Positions 1-9,863 of a DNA stretch of 30,676 bases are shown piece by piece. The translations under genes and the position numbers were made by a program. Under the pieces are notes generated by a model that saw only the letters and a list, made by a program, of their open reading frames with translations, was not told where the DNA came from and did not search any database. The stretch's first letter is position 1, and each line of letters opens with the position of its first letter. Source of the DNA: a virus (taxonomy: Duplodnaviria > Caudoviricetes); IMG/VR virus record IMGVR_UViG_3300025887_000103, positions 1-30,676 of that record; one strand, written 5' to 3'.

Positions 1-13
1 GCAACTAGACGCC

Positions 14-3000
14 TTGATGGCGGAACAGTATGGGTACACTGTACAGCAAGGTAGCGACTCTGGATTCTTTGAAGATATAGCAAGTGGCTTTGGTGCTGGT
101 GCTGTAGGTATGGCCGAGTCTGCTGCGCTGGGTACTGCCGCACTTCTGGAAGAGGAAGGAGAACTAAAAGCCCGCGAGAAAATTAAAAGTGTTGCGGAAT
201 CCTTGCGTCCTGAAGGGGGTGATCCTGAGTCTATAACCTACAAGCTATCATCTGGCATTGGCTCTATTGCTGGCATGGCCGCCCCCGCCGCTATTGCCGC
301 TTATGCTGCCCCCGCCGCCGCTACCACTGCTGTTGGTCTTGGTGTTGCTGGTGCCCTTGGTGTTGGTGCTGGAGCTGGTGAAGCTAGTGAACGTGCTAGG
401 GAGTTCGGCGCTACAGAAGAAGAACGTGGCATGGCAACGTTGCGTGGGGCAGCTATCGGTTCGCTTGAAGTACTTCCCCTAGGCAAAATTCTTAGAGTTC
501 CGGGGGCTACTGACCTCTTGGAAAAACTGGGGGGAGAAGGCGTCGGGCTGGTAGGTCGTTTACGTAAAATGGCGGCAACAGGTACTGCTGAAGGTGTACA
601 GGAAGCAACATCAGCTATCTTACAGAACCTTAATGCGCGGGGCTATGACCCAGAAGCAGAACTCATTAACGCAGGGGTACTTGAAGAAGGTGCAATTGGC
701 GGTGGTTCTGGTGCAATTGTACAGGGTCTTGTTGACTTGTTTGTAAAAGGTAAAACTCGTACTCCCGCTGGTACTACAGAACCTACCGATGGCCCTGCAC
801 CGGAAGTAGATCAGCCTAGGCTAGAAGAAGATCAAGTGCAGGGGGAGTTGTTCCCTTCACGCGCCGAGCCTAGTACAGTTGAGCAAGGTACCGATTATGG
901 TAGCGCACTAACTGACTTTGCTGACGAGCAGGTTACTGCCGCAGTAGATAAACTCAGGGCTGATAACGTAGACCCTGCGACGATCACAGAAGATATGGTG
1001 TTTGACACCATAACTAACACCCCGGAAATAATGGCGTTAGCCCCCCTTACGGAAACTACTGTACGGGATGACCGCACTCCAGACATGATTGACCGTATGG
1101 AGACACAGCAGCTCAAAGAAATGGAGCAGCGTGAGCTAGACGACACCGAGATTGCCGAGATTGAGTCTTATTTAAAAGCTGACGAAGAAGCTGTACGAGA
1201 CCTTGAAAAAGTACGTGGTGCATCGCAGCAAGAAACTGACGTGGCCGCGCAGAAAGACGAAACGCGTGCTGACCGTAATAGACCTCGTGAAGCTGCCCTC
1301 GATGCAGTTATTGGTGAACCGACTACGGGTAGCTACGTTACCCTTGAGCGTAAATTTACTAAAGAACTAGAGCAACGGAACATCGCTAGAGGTGAACGCG
1401 CTAAACCTACAGAACAAGAAGTTGCCCGTATTCGTAGGGCCGCTGATGTGTTTGCTGGTATACGTCCACGGGAAGAAGTAAAGCCAGCATCGCGTGAACG
1501 TGGTGACCCCATAGAAAACACACCTGAAGATACGCAACTTAGCGACATGGAAGCACGTATTCCAAAAGATAGAACAGAAGCGCAGCTCCCATCACAACTA
1601 TCGTTTCCCGGTATGGGGCGTAAAAGACTAAAACTTAGCCCCGAACAAACTAAGTCTGCGGCTAAGAAGCAAGGTGGGGGTAAGTACGAAATAGATCCCA
1701 CCGCTGCCGCGTATGCAGAGATGCTCGCGCCCGACGTAGACCTAGATACGATTATACCTGAGAACGGTAATGTCGTTACGGTAAACGACGTTAAAGCAGA
1801 GGTATCGGGGGAAAAACTAAAACTTAGCTCCGAGCAAACTAAATTAGCTAAAGAAGCGCAAAAAATAGTTAAAAAGGCCGCTGCCAAAACTAAAAAGGGC
1901 AAAGGCGCTGTGATACCAGTTGGTGTAGCGCCTACTGAAAGCGTTGATCCTAATACTGCAAAAACCGCTAGTGAAGTAGTAAAAAGATTTACAGGCAAAG
2001 AATTACCTACTACAACGGTAACAGCGAAGGTACAGCCCCGCGATGAAGAAATTGTTACTGCCACTGAGGTTGAGCCTGAGGTTGAGCCTGAGGTTGAGCC
2101 TGCGGTTGAGCCTGCGGTAAAGCCTGTTGCGTCGAATGTTATTACGGGGGAAGCTGTACCCAAAGAGTTCCTTGACCCTGCCGACGATGCCAAAATAGAA
2201 GAGTTAAAGAACACCTCCTTCCCGACAAACTACGTGGGCATCGACAAAACTGCAAAGGCCTACCTTAGTAAGTATGACACCCCCGTCGAGGCTTACGAGG
2301 CAATAGCCTTTGAGCTAGCGGAAAAAACTCCTAAGTATCAGAAACAAGAAGGTTCGCCTGACAAAGATATAGCTAAGTTTTCTGGCACCGGGGGAGAAAA
2401 CACCCGTAAAACTGCCGAGTGGATTAAACAGAACCTAAGTCCTGCTCTTAAAACTAGGATAGACAAACGCGTTGAAGAGCAGGAGGCCACTAGTAAAAAA
2501 GTAGAGGCTGAGTCGGTAAAACGAAAAGCCGACGAAGCCGCTGCCAAAAAGAAGAAAGAGGCTGACAAGAAGAAAGCTGAAGCAGAAAACGCTACACGCG
2601 CCATGACTGGGAAAAAAGCCGCCGCGCCTAAAGGTACGGGCGTAGATACTAGAGAAGTGTCTGATGCGGAACTAAACGACCTAGGGGATACAACCCCCGT
2701 AAAAGTAGATACCGCTAAAGCTACTACAGAGAGTAGAGCGACCCTTGAGGCTAAAGAAAAACAGAGCGCTGAACTAGCGATAAAAACGGCGGCGTTTATA
2801 GAAGCTGGGGGATCTATAACTAGCTACCTCAAGTTGGACAAACTAGACTCCAATGTAGCTAAAGCCTTAAACGCTGACCTATCAAGGCCAGTAAAGGAAC
2901 TACTCAAAAAAGGAGATTTAAAGGGGGCGCTGCAAGAGCTTGCTAAAACGTCTACCGATAAACGCGTTAAGCAGATAGCTAGGGCATTATCCGAGAACAC

Positions 3001-6000
3001 GGGGACTACTAAGCTAGAGATAGCTAACACAGCCTCTATAGATAGCCGGGGGTATGACACTCGTGGCGAAGCTGTGCCGGGGCTATTTGATCCCAGCATT
3101 AACACTATAATCCTTAACTCTAACCTACCCCTCACCGTACATACCCTGCTGCACGAGATGACCCACGCGGCTACTATTAACGTGTTAAAGAACAGATCAC
3201 ACCCCCTTACCAAGCAGATGCAGAAACTGTTTGACGATGTTAAGCCTTATTTGGACTCCGTATATGGCACCGAGAGCCTAAATGAATTTATTGCAGAGGC
3301 ATTCAGTAATCCTAAATTCCAACAGGCGCTGGCGAAGATAAACCCTAGGGGCGAACCTATTAGTGGGTTGCAGCGGTTCTTCCGTTCTGTGATTAACTTT
3401 GTCCGCCGCCTTATTGGTATGGACACTAAGCCGCTTGATTCGGCGTTGGATGCAGCGGACATTGCAATTATGGGTATGTTGTCCCCCTCTACCTCTTCGC
3501 GAGGCGGCGGTACGCTCTATATGAAGTCTACCCCAGACGGGGTAAAGGAAATCCTCGACGGCTTAGGGAATGTTCAAAAGTCTATCGACAGTAAGGTAAC
3601 GTTAAAGTCGTTTATGAAAGAGGTTACAGACTTCTTTACCGACCCAAACGTGTCGGCCCCTGCCAGAGCGTTGTTTGCAAGACTCGCCAACACTCAAATT
3701 CTTGGAGACCTTGCTAGAAAATCTGGGTTTGGGCAGGTGGGGCTTGACCTCCACGAAGCTATAGAAAATCAGATTGGCGACATGAACAGAGCTAATAGAG
3801 AAGTACAGAAAGTTATAGACGAGACTAACAAATGGGCTAAAGACGCTGGGCTTGAGGCTTACAATACGTTGAACCGCGTAATTTACAGCCCTGAATACGG
3901 TGCTACTATCTATCAAGTAGATCCTACAAAACCCGAAAGCGACTACAAAGGTAAGACATCCCCCGATGGCGTACACAAACTAGACGAGATTTGGAGAAAA
4001 CAACAAAAAGAGTGGAAAAAACTAGGAAGCAACGGGGGGCAGCGTATATTTAACACTCAGCGTGACATGTATGCAAAACAGTACAAAGAACTCCTGAATG
4101 TCATAAACGGGGAAATTGACGGGCTAGTCGGTAAGGATAGTGCAACTGGTAGGCAGCTAAAGAAAGATGTGTTCCAGCGTATGTTCGCTGCCGGTAAGCT
4201 AGACGTGTACTTTCCTCTTGTACGTCAGGGGAACTTTAAAGTTTCTTTTACTGCGAAGATAAGGAACAAAGCCGGGGAAGTGACAAGTACCGAACCCGTA
4301 TTTCTCATGTACGAGCACAAATCTGATAGAAACCAAGCGGTAAAAGACCTAGAGGCTGACCCAGATGTTGTAGACGGAAAGGTAGATGCTTACGAGGGGG
4401 AAACGAGCGTAAGCAGGTTCAAGAAGGACGCCCCTTCTGGTTCTTTTGTTGGGGATATACTAGGCGTACTAGAAGCTAATAGCGTAGATAACGATGTGCA
4501 AGAACAAGTTATGCGTTTGTTTATCGACACACTACCTGAAAGTTCTTTTGCTAAATCTTTGCAACGTCGTACTAACACGCTGGGGTATATATCTGACTCT
4601 GCCTTAGCGCTACGCATGAAGGGGTTTAGCCTTAGTTCCCAAGTAGTAAAAATGAAGAACGGCGCTATCCTCCGGGGTATAGAAAAAGAGATTAATCTGG
4701 TAGACATATCTGCTCCTGCGGGTACCGAGAAAGATAAGTTTGCTTTGTTCAAACCAAACGCTGAGTCTATAAGCGTTATTAAATCTGAGTTATTGCGGCG
4801 TGCTAAATTTGCTCAATCAGGGGCGGACAACAAAAAAACTGAGCAAGTGTACAAACTGCTAAATCAAGTTGCCTTTATATACACCATCGGATTTAACGCT
4901 TCGTCGGCTATAGTTAACCTATCTCAGATACCATTAGTTGTAGTGCCATTCCTGTCTGGTCAGTTTGGGGCTACAGAAACAATGGACGCAATGGGGCGTG
5001 CAAGCAAGTTAGTGGGTGCACCGGGTAAATCCCTTATACCGGGTAAGTCTATAGCAGACCTATACGACGTTGCGGGGGAAGGTCGGGCGCTTACATACAC
5101 TGTAAGTAAGAGTCACGAAAAGAAGATACGCGACAACACTACTACCAAAGCAGAGGCAGACGCCAAGATAGCAGAGCTGAACAGGCTAGGGCCGCTGATG
5201 AAAGAAGCATCTCAGCGGGGTATGATTCAAACAACTGCGTTGGGGGAAACACAGGGCATTAGTGACGCCCAGCTTGGGAAAACTAAGAACCCGGCCTTAC
5301 GTCTATTAGACTGGGTGACTACAGCGTCAGGCGTAATGTTTAACGCTGCGGAAATGTTTAACCGCCAGACCACCATGATAATGTCTTACGACCTGATGCT
5401 TGCCCGGATGGAGACAAGCAAGAAAGAAGGTAAGAAGTACTACAGTAACCTAGAAGGTAAGTTTATTGACGTTCCTAGTAACTCAGAACTTATTATGGAA
5501 CGCGCTGCAAAAGAAGCCATGTACATTACCCAAGAAGTTAACGGTGGATCAGTCCTAGAGACAGCTTCGGGAATGGCACAGCAGGGTATTGGCCGAGTAG
5601 CCCTAATGTATAAGGGGTATGGGTTGCAGATGTACACCACAATGATTAAAGCGGGTAAAGCCTACATAAACAACCTTGGGGGGAAAGACGCAGAGAGTAT
5701 AGCGCTTAGGAAGATGGCCCGTAACCAGCTAATAGGTGTACATTTGTCCGCTTTGTTCTTTGCTGGCGTGCAGGGCTTACCGTTGTATGGTGCCGTTTCT
5801 ATGCTCGTGGATCTTTATCAAGACGACGATGAGGACGACGCGGATACACTCGTACGTAAATATGTTGAGGAGGGGTGGTACAAGGGTGCCGTTGCAGAAC
5901 TTACTGGGGTTGACGTTGCAAGTCGAGTTAGGTTAACGGGTTTACTACTAGCTAATAACAAGTTTAATAGAGATCCGTCACTCGAAGAGAACATAGGTAT

Positions 6001-6580
6001 CTATTTTGGTGGCCCTGCACTGAGTACCGCTAACCGCCTGAAGCGGGGGGTGGAGGATTTATTCCTTAACGACGAGTACGACGCAGAAACATACGGTATG
6101 GAGAGCCTAATGCCTGCTGGGTTAACTAACCTCTGGCGGAATACTGCGGGTCGTTATGCTAAAGAAGGGGGCATAAAAAATAGACGTAAAAACCCTATAT
6201 ACGACGATATGACCAGCGGAGAAGTTTTTGCGGCGGCACTTGGTTTCCCTCCGGCTGAATACACGTTCAGACAGGAACAAAGCTCTAGGGACAAGGGGGT
6301 AGAACTAGCTGTTACTCAAAAACGTAGTGCCCTAACCACTAAGTACTATGTGGCGTCGAAAATGGGAGATTATGACTCGATGAGTGATACTTTAAACGAT
6401 ATCAATGCCTTTAACGCTAGGTACGCAAAGGACAACCCCGCTGTGGCTATTACACCAGAGGCCATAAGAAAGTCATTGAAGGGCCATAGGGATACAACTG
6501 CTAGGACGCACAACGGGATAACTATAAGTCCGCTTATGCAGTACGCTATAGATAGAAGTAACGCGGAGTACAAGCGATAA
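14..6580 (+). CDS. Giant virion-associated (internal core/DNA-ejection type) protein with an N-terminal Gly/Ala-rich hydrophobic region and a central zincin-like HExxH motif; possibly 5'-truncated
   Basis: 2188-aa ORF whose frame is open back to base 2, so the true start may lie outside the window. It has GxxxG-rich helices at the N-terminus, TLLHEMTHAAT plus downstream EFIAEAF, and a C-terminal hydrophobic segment (LIGVHLSALFFAGVQGLPLYGAVSML). It is the last gene of the rightward arm, converging on the replication arm. Confidence 0.7.
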   Translation: MMAEQYGYTVQQGSDSGFFEDIASGFGAGAVGMAESAALGTAALLEEEGELKAREKIKSVAESLRPEGGDPESITYKLSSGIGSIAGMAAPAAIAAYAAPAAATTAVGLGVAGALGVGAGAGEASERAREFGATEEERGMATLRGAAIGSLEVLPLGKILRVPGATDLLEKLGGEGVGLVGRLRKMAATGTAEGVQEATSAILQNLNARGYDPEAELINAGVLEEGAIGGGSGAIVQGLVDLFVKGKTRTPAGTTEPTDGPAPEVDQPRLEEDQVQGELFPSRAEPSTVEQGTDYGSALTDFADEQVTAAVDKLRADNVDPATITEDMVFDTITNTPEIMALAPLTETTVRDDRTPDMIDRMETQQLKEMEQRELDDTEIAEIESYLKADEEAVRDLEKVRGASQQETDVAAQKDETRADRNRPREAALDAVIGEPTTGSYVTLERKFTKELEQRNIARGERAKPTEQEVARIRRAADVFAGIRPREEVKPASRERGDPIENTPEDTQLSDMEARIPKDRTEAQLPSQLSFPGMGRKRLKLSPEQTKSAAKKQGGGKYEIDPTAAAYAEMLAPDVDLDTIIPENGNVVTVNDVKAEVSGEKLKLSSEQTKLAKEAQKIVKKAAAKTKKGKGAVIPVGVAPTESVDPNTAKTASEVVKRFTGKELPTTTVTAKVQPRDEEIVTATEVEPEVEPEVEPAVEPAVKPVASNVITGEAVPKEFLDPADDAKIEELKNTSFPTNYVGIDKTAKAYLSKYDTPVEAYEAIAFELAEKTPKYQKQEGSPDKDIAKFSGTGGENTRKTAEWIKQNLSPALKTRIDKRVEEQEATSKKVEAESVKRKADEAAAKKKKEADKKKAEAENATRAMTGKKAAAPKGTGVDTREVSDAELNDLGDTTPVKVDTAKATTESRATLEAKEKQSAELAIKTAAFIEAGGSITSYLKLDKLDSNVAKALNADLSRPVKELLKKGDLKGALQELAKTSTDKRVKQIARALSENTGTTKLEIANTASIDSRGYDTRGEAVPGLFDPSINTIILNSNLPLTVHTLLHEMTHAATINVLKNRSHPLTKQMQKLFDDVKPYLDSVYGTESLNEFIAEAFSNPKFQQALAKINPRGEPISGLQRFFRSVINFVRRLIGMDTKPLDSALDAADIAIMGMLSPSTSSRGGGTLYMKSTPDGVKEILDGLGNVQKSIDSKVTLKSFMKEVTDFFTDPNVSAPARALFARLANTQILGDLARKSGFGQVGLDLHEAIENQIGDMNRANREVQKVIDETNKWAKDAGLEAYNTLNRVIYSPEYGATIYQVDPTKPESDYKGKTSPDGVHKLDEIWRKQQKEWKKLGSNGGQRIFNTQRDMYAKQYKELLNVINGEIDGLVGKDSATGRQLKKDVFQRMFAAGKLDVYFPLVRQGNFKVSFTAKIRNKAGEVTSTEPVFLMYEHKSDRNQAVKDLEADPDVVDGKVDAYEGETSVSRFKKDAPSGSFVGDILGVLEANSVDNDVQEQVMRLFIDTLPESSFAKSLQRRTNTLGYISDSALALRMKGFSLSSQVVKMKNGAILRGIEKEINLVDISAPAGTEKDKFALFKPNAESISVIKSELLRRAKFAQSGADNKKTEQVYKLLNQVAFIYTIGFNASSAIVNLSQIPLVVVPFLSGQFGATETMDAMGRASKLVGAPGKSLIPGKSIADLYDVAGEGRALTYTVSKSHEKKIRDNTTTKAEADAKIAELNRLGPLMKEASQRGMIQTTALGETQGISDAQLGKTKNPALRLLDWVTTASGVMFNAAEMFNRQTTMIMSYDLMLARMETSKKEGKKYYSNLEGKFIDVPSNSELIMERAAKEAMYITQEVNGGSVLETASGMAQQGIGRVALMYKGYGLQMYTTMIKAGKAYINNLGGKDAESIALRKMARNQLIGVHLSALFFAGVQGLPLYGAVSMLVDLYQDDDEDDADTLVRKYVEEGWYKGAVAELTGVDVASRVRLTGLLLANNKFNRDPSLEENIGIYFGGPALSTANRLKRGVEDLFLNDEYDAETYGMESLMPAGLTNLWRNTAGRYAKEGGIKNRRKNPIYDDMTSGEVFAAALGFPPAEYTFRQEQSSRDKGVELAVTQKRSALTTKYYVASKMGDYDSMSDTLNDINAFNARYAKDNPAVAITPEAIRKSLKGHRDTTARTHNGITISPLMQYAIDRSNAEYKR
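2066..2125 (+). repeat. In-frame 12-bp tandem repeat (GAGGTTGAGCCT x3, GCGGTTGAGCCT, GCGGTAAAGCCT) encoding an EVEP/AVEP linker
   Basis: Read directly from the sequence; five units. Confidence 0.95.
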
Positions 6581-6615
6581 AAAACCCCCTGTCGCCTCGG
6601 GAACGAGCAGGGGGT
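6579..6615 (-). terminator. Rho-independent terminator of the leftward replication arm (possibly bidirectional)
   Basis: Stem ACCCCCTG..CAGGGGGT with inner TCG/CGA pairing. An A6 tract on + gives a U6 tail on -. It lies between convergent genes. Confidence 0.8.
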
Positions 6616-6667
6616 CGGGGGGAGGTGAAGGAGTAACAGAGGAATTACCGCTTCGGGCGCTATTTTA

Positions 6668-6883
6668 TCATACCGTACGCCATATCCGTATACCTAATTT
6701 ATTATTTTCTATGGTTATTTTTATGGTTACCTGCCATTTCTTGGCTGTAGCTATCTTTTTTACTTGTTCTTTTGCCTTATGAGTGTTTAAACACGGTATA
6801 AACACCGACGCCCCGACTACCATACTGCCCCACGTAATCACTATGCGTATGCCATCGGGGGTTAGATCATCCAGCATTAACAT
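6668..6883 (-). CDS. Small basic hypothetical phage protein
   Basis: 71-aa ORF starting 1 nt after the primase-helicase stop, in the same orientation as the operon. Confidence 0.75.
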   Translation of the reverse strand: MLMLDDLTPDGIRIVITWGSMVVGASVFIPCLNTHKAKEQVKKIATAKKWQVTIKITIENNKLGIRIWRTV

Positions 6884-6884
6884 A

Positions 6885-9767
6885 CTAGTTTGCTTCTTTT
6901 TCCGTAACTTCTTTACCCGTAAATTCTTCCACGACTACTGTTGAACAATCTATGGCTAAAACCCACGTTGCTGGTAGCTGCGTTTGTGTACCCCTAGATA
7001 TCCGTATCTTTATTTTCTTAGCCCCGTAAGCCTTTTTTAAATCCTCTTCAAACGAGGGGTAACTAATCTGCTGTTGGGTACACCATTTTTTAAGCGGTTT
7101 AAGTAGTAGGTACGCGTATTTTATATCTGTCTCATACCGACCTACTAATCGCACTCTTGGGTCTAGTTCAGGAATTACCAAATCGTCTAACCCATTTCCC
7201 TGTCCCTTACGCAGGTCATCAGTACTTTTTATCTTTAAGATATTGCCCCAATTCTCATGGAAATATTCATTTAGCCTGTCCCCCACAGACGAATTCATGC
7301 TGTCTACGTTACCCTTGTTCTCCAAAAGTAGCGACACGGTGTAAGCGGTTAGCTTAGTAGTATCATAGTTAACCAAGCCTAATTTCTTGGCAATGAGTAC
7401 CCCCGTAACTGTAGCCGCCGCCTTTGCTGACCAGAAACGGTTCTCTGAGGTGAGTCCTGCGGCGTCATCTATCCTAGCCCTAACCTTACTCAGTAACACT
7501 TTCACCGCTTCTATGTTAGAGATTAGAAACTGAACGTAAATTACCCCCGCATGGCCGTATATATTTTCGGCGTTGGTTGCGTGAACGTCTGTTATGCTCT
7601 TATCCGCACTCTTGGAAAACAGCCGTACTGCTTTTGTTTCCATCATCCGCTGTGCTTCGGCTTTAGGGGCAGCCTTAATACTACTGATTTTCTCTATAAT
7701 ACTAGCATTACCTGTGGTAACAGCTATTAGGCTCCAAGGCTTACCTCTAGCCCGTTCAGTGTTGTTGCCCCCACTGGTCATACGGTTCCGCTGCTTACCC
7801 CCAGACAACTGATAAACAAGATCAGACAGTTCATCCCCTTTTGCGTTAGTTACCTCGTCAATATACAGAGGTAAGTTATGGTATACCTCTCCACGTAGCA
7901 TCATAGAGTTGTCGGTATCTTTGTTCTGTAGCACTAAGGCTTTAGGGGCACCCCATATTGACGCCCCCACGTTCATAGCAGTAGTTTTACCAAAGCCACT
8001 ATCGCTACTATGAACGTGGAACCCACCACAGGCAACTGGGCACATCTCCATAAGTACCGACCCGAACCCGGTACCGACAATATATTGATGTAGCTCAAAC
8101 CCGTCTCGGTCGTAGAAGTTTGCCATGTCTATCCATTCTTGCAGGGTACCCTTGGGTTCAAACGCATGAAACAGCCCTGCTGTAGCGCTAGACGGAGGAT
8201 TGTTTCTGATGGCATTAGCGAATATCTCTTTGTCGCCTAATACAAAAGACTTAAATTCGTCCCCTACCCAACCAAACTGCTTGTGGGCATTAGTAGCCTT
8301 ACTAGTAGCCTGTAACTCGTTTACCCATGTAGTCATATAACTCATAAGCTCATCCATCCTAGTGACAGCTACGCCGTGCATAGCCATGTTTTTTCGCAGT
8401 TCCTCCTTTGAGGTGACCGCTGTTAGGGGTAGCGTAAATTCACGAATCCCGTCTTTTGGTAAGTGCAGTCTAACAACGATGGACTCGCCTACGTCGGCAT
8501 CCGATATACGTTTAACTACATATAGGTCGTTATGGTATATAACTTTCTCATCTGGATCGCCCTCTGCATTACGCGTGCGGATATAAACACCCCCATTGAC
8601 GCCCCGAAAGAAAGGCTTCGGGTACGGAGGTATAACATAGGTAGCATTACGTACACTTAGCGGTAAATACTGATCTCCTTCTTCGTCAGGCTCTGGGTCG
8701 GCAGCGGGGGGTACCTCGATTGTATTGTCTTCTTCGGTAGCCTCCATAACACTGTTACCCAACGTTATAGGAGACTTGATCTTCCCCCAATGCGGACACT
8801 CAGTACATACCCCCACGTTAAACTCGTCAAAAGAAGTACATAGGTACGGGCCTTTTATTAGCTCCATCTTCTCTGCCGTAGCCTGCACAGAATACCCGAT
8901 ATGCCCTTTCGATATATTACGGGCCGCTACCTCTGCATCTGTACAGAACTTGGCAATAGACAGACCTGCTCTCCACATTGGCTCACTACAATTGGCTTGA
9001 TCACTTATTATCACGCCTAGCTGGGCACAGCCCGTGCCTCGTACAGTTTTTGTTATGATGTCTTTAAACTTAGTTTGGTTGTTGCCAATGAGCGCTCTCA
9101 TTACTGCGTTCGCACCCACAGGTACCGCCTTCGTAGGAACTGGTATCATGTTCCCACCTAACAACTCCGAAAACGCATCGAAGTCTACATCGACAGGGGT
9201 CTCTATACCGAAGAACTCTACACTAGCCGGGGGTGTTGTCTTGTGGTTATGTGTACTTGGTAGCCGTAATACCCTAGCAGCGTCGGCAGTGACAGACGTG
9301 TCAGTAAGAAACCCATTTGAAACACATAACTTCTTTAGGCGTTGCGCCACGGGAAGCCAATCGTCAACCAGCACAGCCTCTGACAAAGCCCAGTAAACAT
9401 GTACACCCCTACCAGAATTAACCAGTTTGGGTGCAGGTAACGCTAGGGTCTTACAGAACCCCTGTAGTGCAAGTATAGCCGCATCCTGATTGGGGTATTC
9501 TTTTCCTTCTCCACAATCTAAGTCTAAAAAGAAAGACTTCAGTTGCTTTACGTTATCAACTTTACGAGAGTTTGGGGTCTTGAACGTAGCCAATGCAAAG
9601 TAGGCATCGTACCCCTTGGCATCTAAATCCCGAGCACCATCTACCATGTCACCTATAGAGGTGTAGAAATTCTGTACTATGTCATTCTTCCGTTTTAAGT
9701 TAGAAGCAAACACACAGTAATCACCCTCTGACGCTAATACCTTCCTTAAAAAATTTTCTGTTTTCAT
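6885..9767 (-). CDS. Primase-helicase (N-terminal AEP/RepB-like primase, C-terminal DUF927-like SF3-type helicase)
   Basis: AEP motifs FFLDLD, VNSGRGVHVYW and DAARVLRLP; CTECPH Cys cluster; Walker A SGFGKTT; Walker B LYIDE. Confidence 0.85.
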   Translation of the reverse strand: MKTENFLRKVLASEGDYCVFASNLKRKNDIVQNFYTSIGDMVDGARDLDAKGYDAYFALATFKTPNSRKVDNVKQLKSFFLDLDCGEGKEYPNQDAAILALQGFCKTLALPAPKLVNSGRGVHVYWALSEAVLVDDWLPVAQRLKKLCVSNGFLTDTSVTADAARVLRLPSTHNHKTTPPASVEFFGIETPVDVDFDAFSELLGGNMIPVPTKAVPVGANAVMRALIGNNQTKFKDIITKTVRGTGCAQLGVIISDQANCSEPMWRAGLSIAKFCTDAEVAARNISKGHIGYSVQATAEKMELIKGPYLCTSFDEFNVGVCTECPHWGKIKSPITLGNSVMEATEEDNTIEVPPAADPEPDEEGDQYLPLSVRNATYVIPPYPKPFFRGVNGGVYIRTRNAEGDPDEKVIYHNDLYVVKRISDADVGESIVVRLHLPKDGIREFTLPLTAVTSKEELRKNMAMHGVAVTRMDELMSYMTTWVNELQATSKATNAHKQFGWVGDEFKSFVLGDKEIFANAIRNNPPSSATAGLFHAFEPKGTLQEWIDMANFYDRDGFELHQYIVGTGFGSVLMEMCPVACGGFHVHSSDSGFGKTTAMNVGASIWGAPKALVLQNKDTDNSMMLRGEVYHNLPLYIDEVTNAKGDELSDLVYQLSGGKQRNRMTSGGNNTERARGKPWSLIAVTTGNASIIEKISSIKAAPKAEAQRMMETKAVRLFSKSADKSITDVHATNAENIYGHAGVIYVQFLISNIEAVKVLLSKVRARIDDAAGLTSENRFWSAKAAATVTGVLIAKKLGLVNYDTTKLTAYTVSLLLENKGNVDSMNSSVGDRLNEYFHENWGNILKIKSTDDLRKGQGNGLDDLVIPELDPRVRLVGRYETDIKYAYLLLKPLKKWCTQQQISYPSFEEDLKKAYGAKKIKIRISRGTQTQLPATWVLAIDCSTVVVEEFTGKEVTEKEAN

Positions 9768-9863
9768 ATAATGTACCTAATTCCGAGAGGTACCATAGCA
9801 GGGGCGCGTTAACGCCCTTTTCGGAAATAATCCTAGCTACGGGTGGTATACTACGGGGAAGTG

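Noticed and set aside
1333-2214. 293-aa antisense ORF and the other antisense ORFs within the giant gene, primase, polA, AAA and terL
   Set aside because: They are Ser/Leu/Phe-rich shadows of the sense-strand codon bias, fully overlap well-supported genes and have no motifs.
14-6580. N4-like virion RNA polymerase
   Set aside because: No recognisable single-subunit or multisubunit RNAP catalytic motifs were seen; early genes have host sigma70 promoters.
9768-9863. Known self-cleaving ribozyme (e.g. hammerhead)
   Set aside because: A GAAA is present but there is no CUGANGA core, and I could not match another ribozyme consensus by eye.
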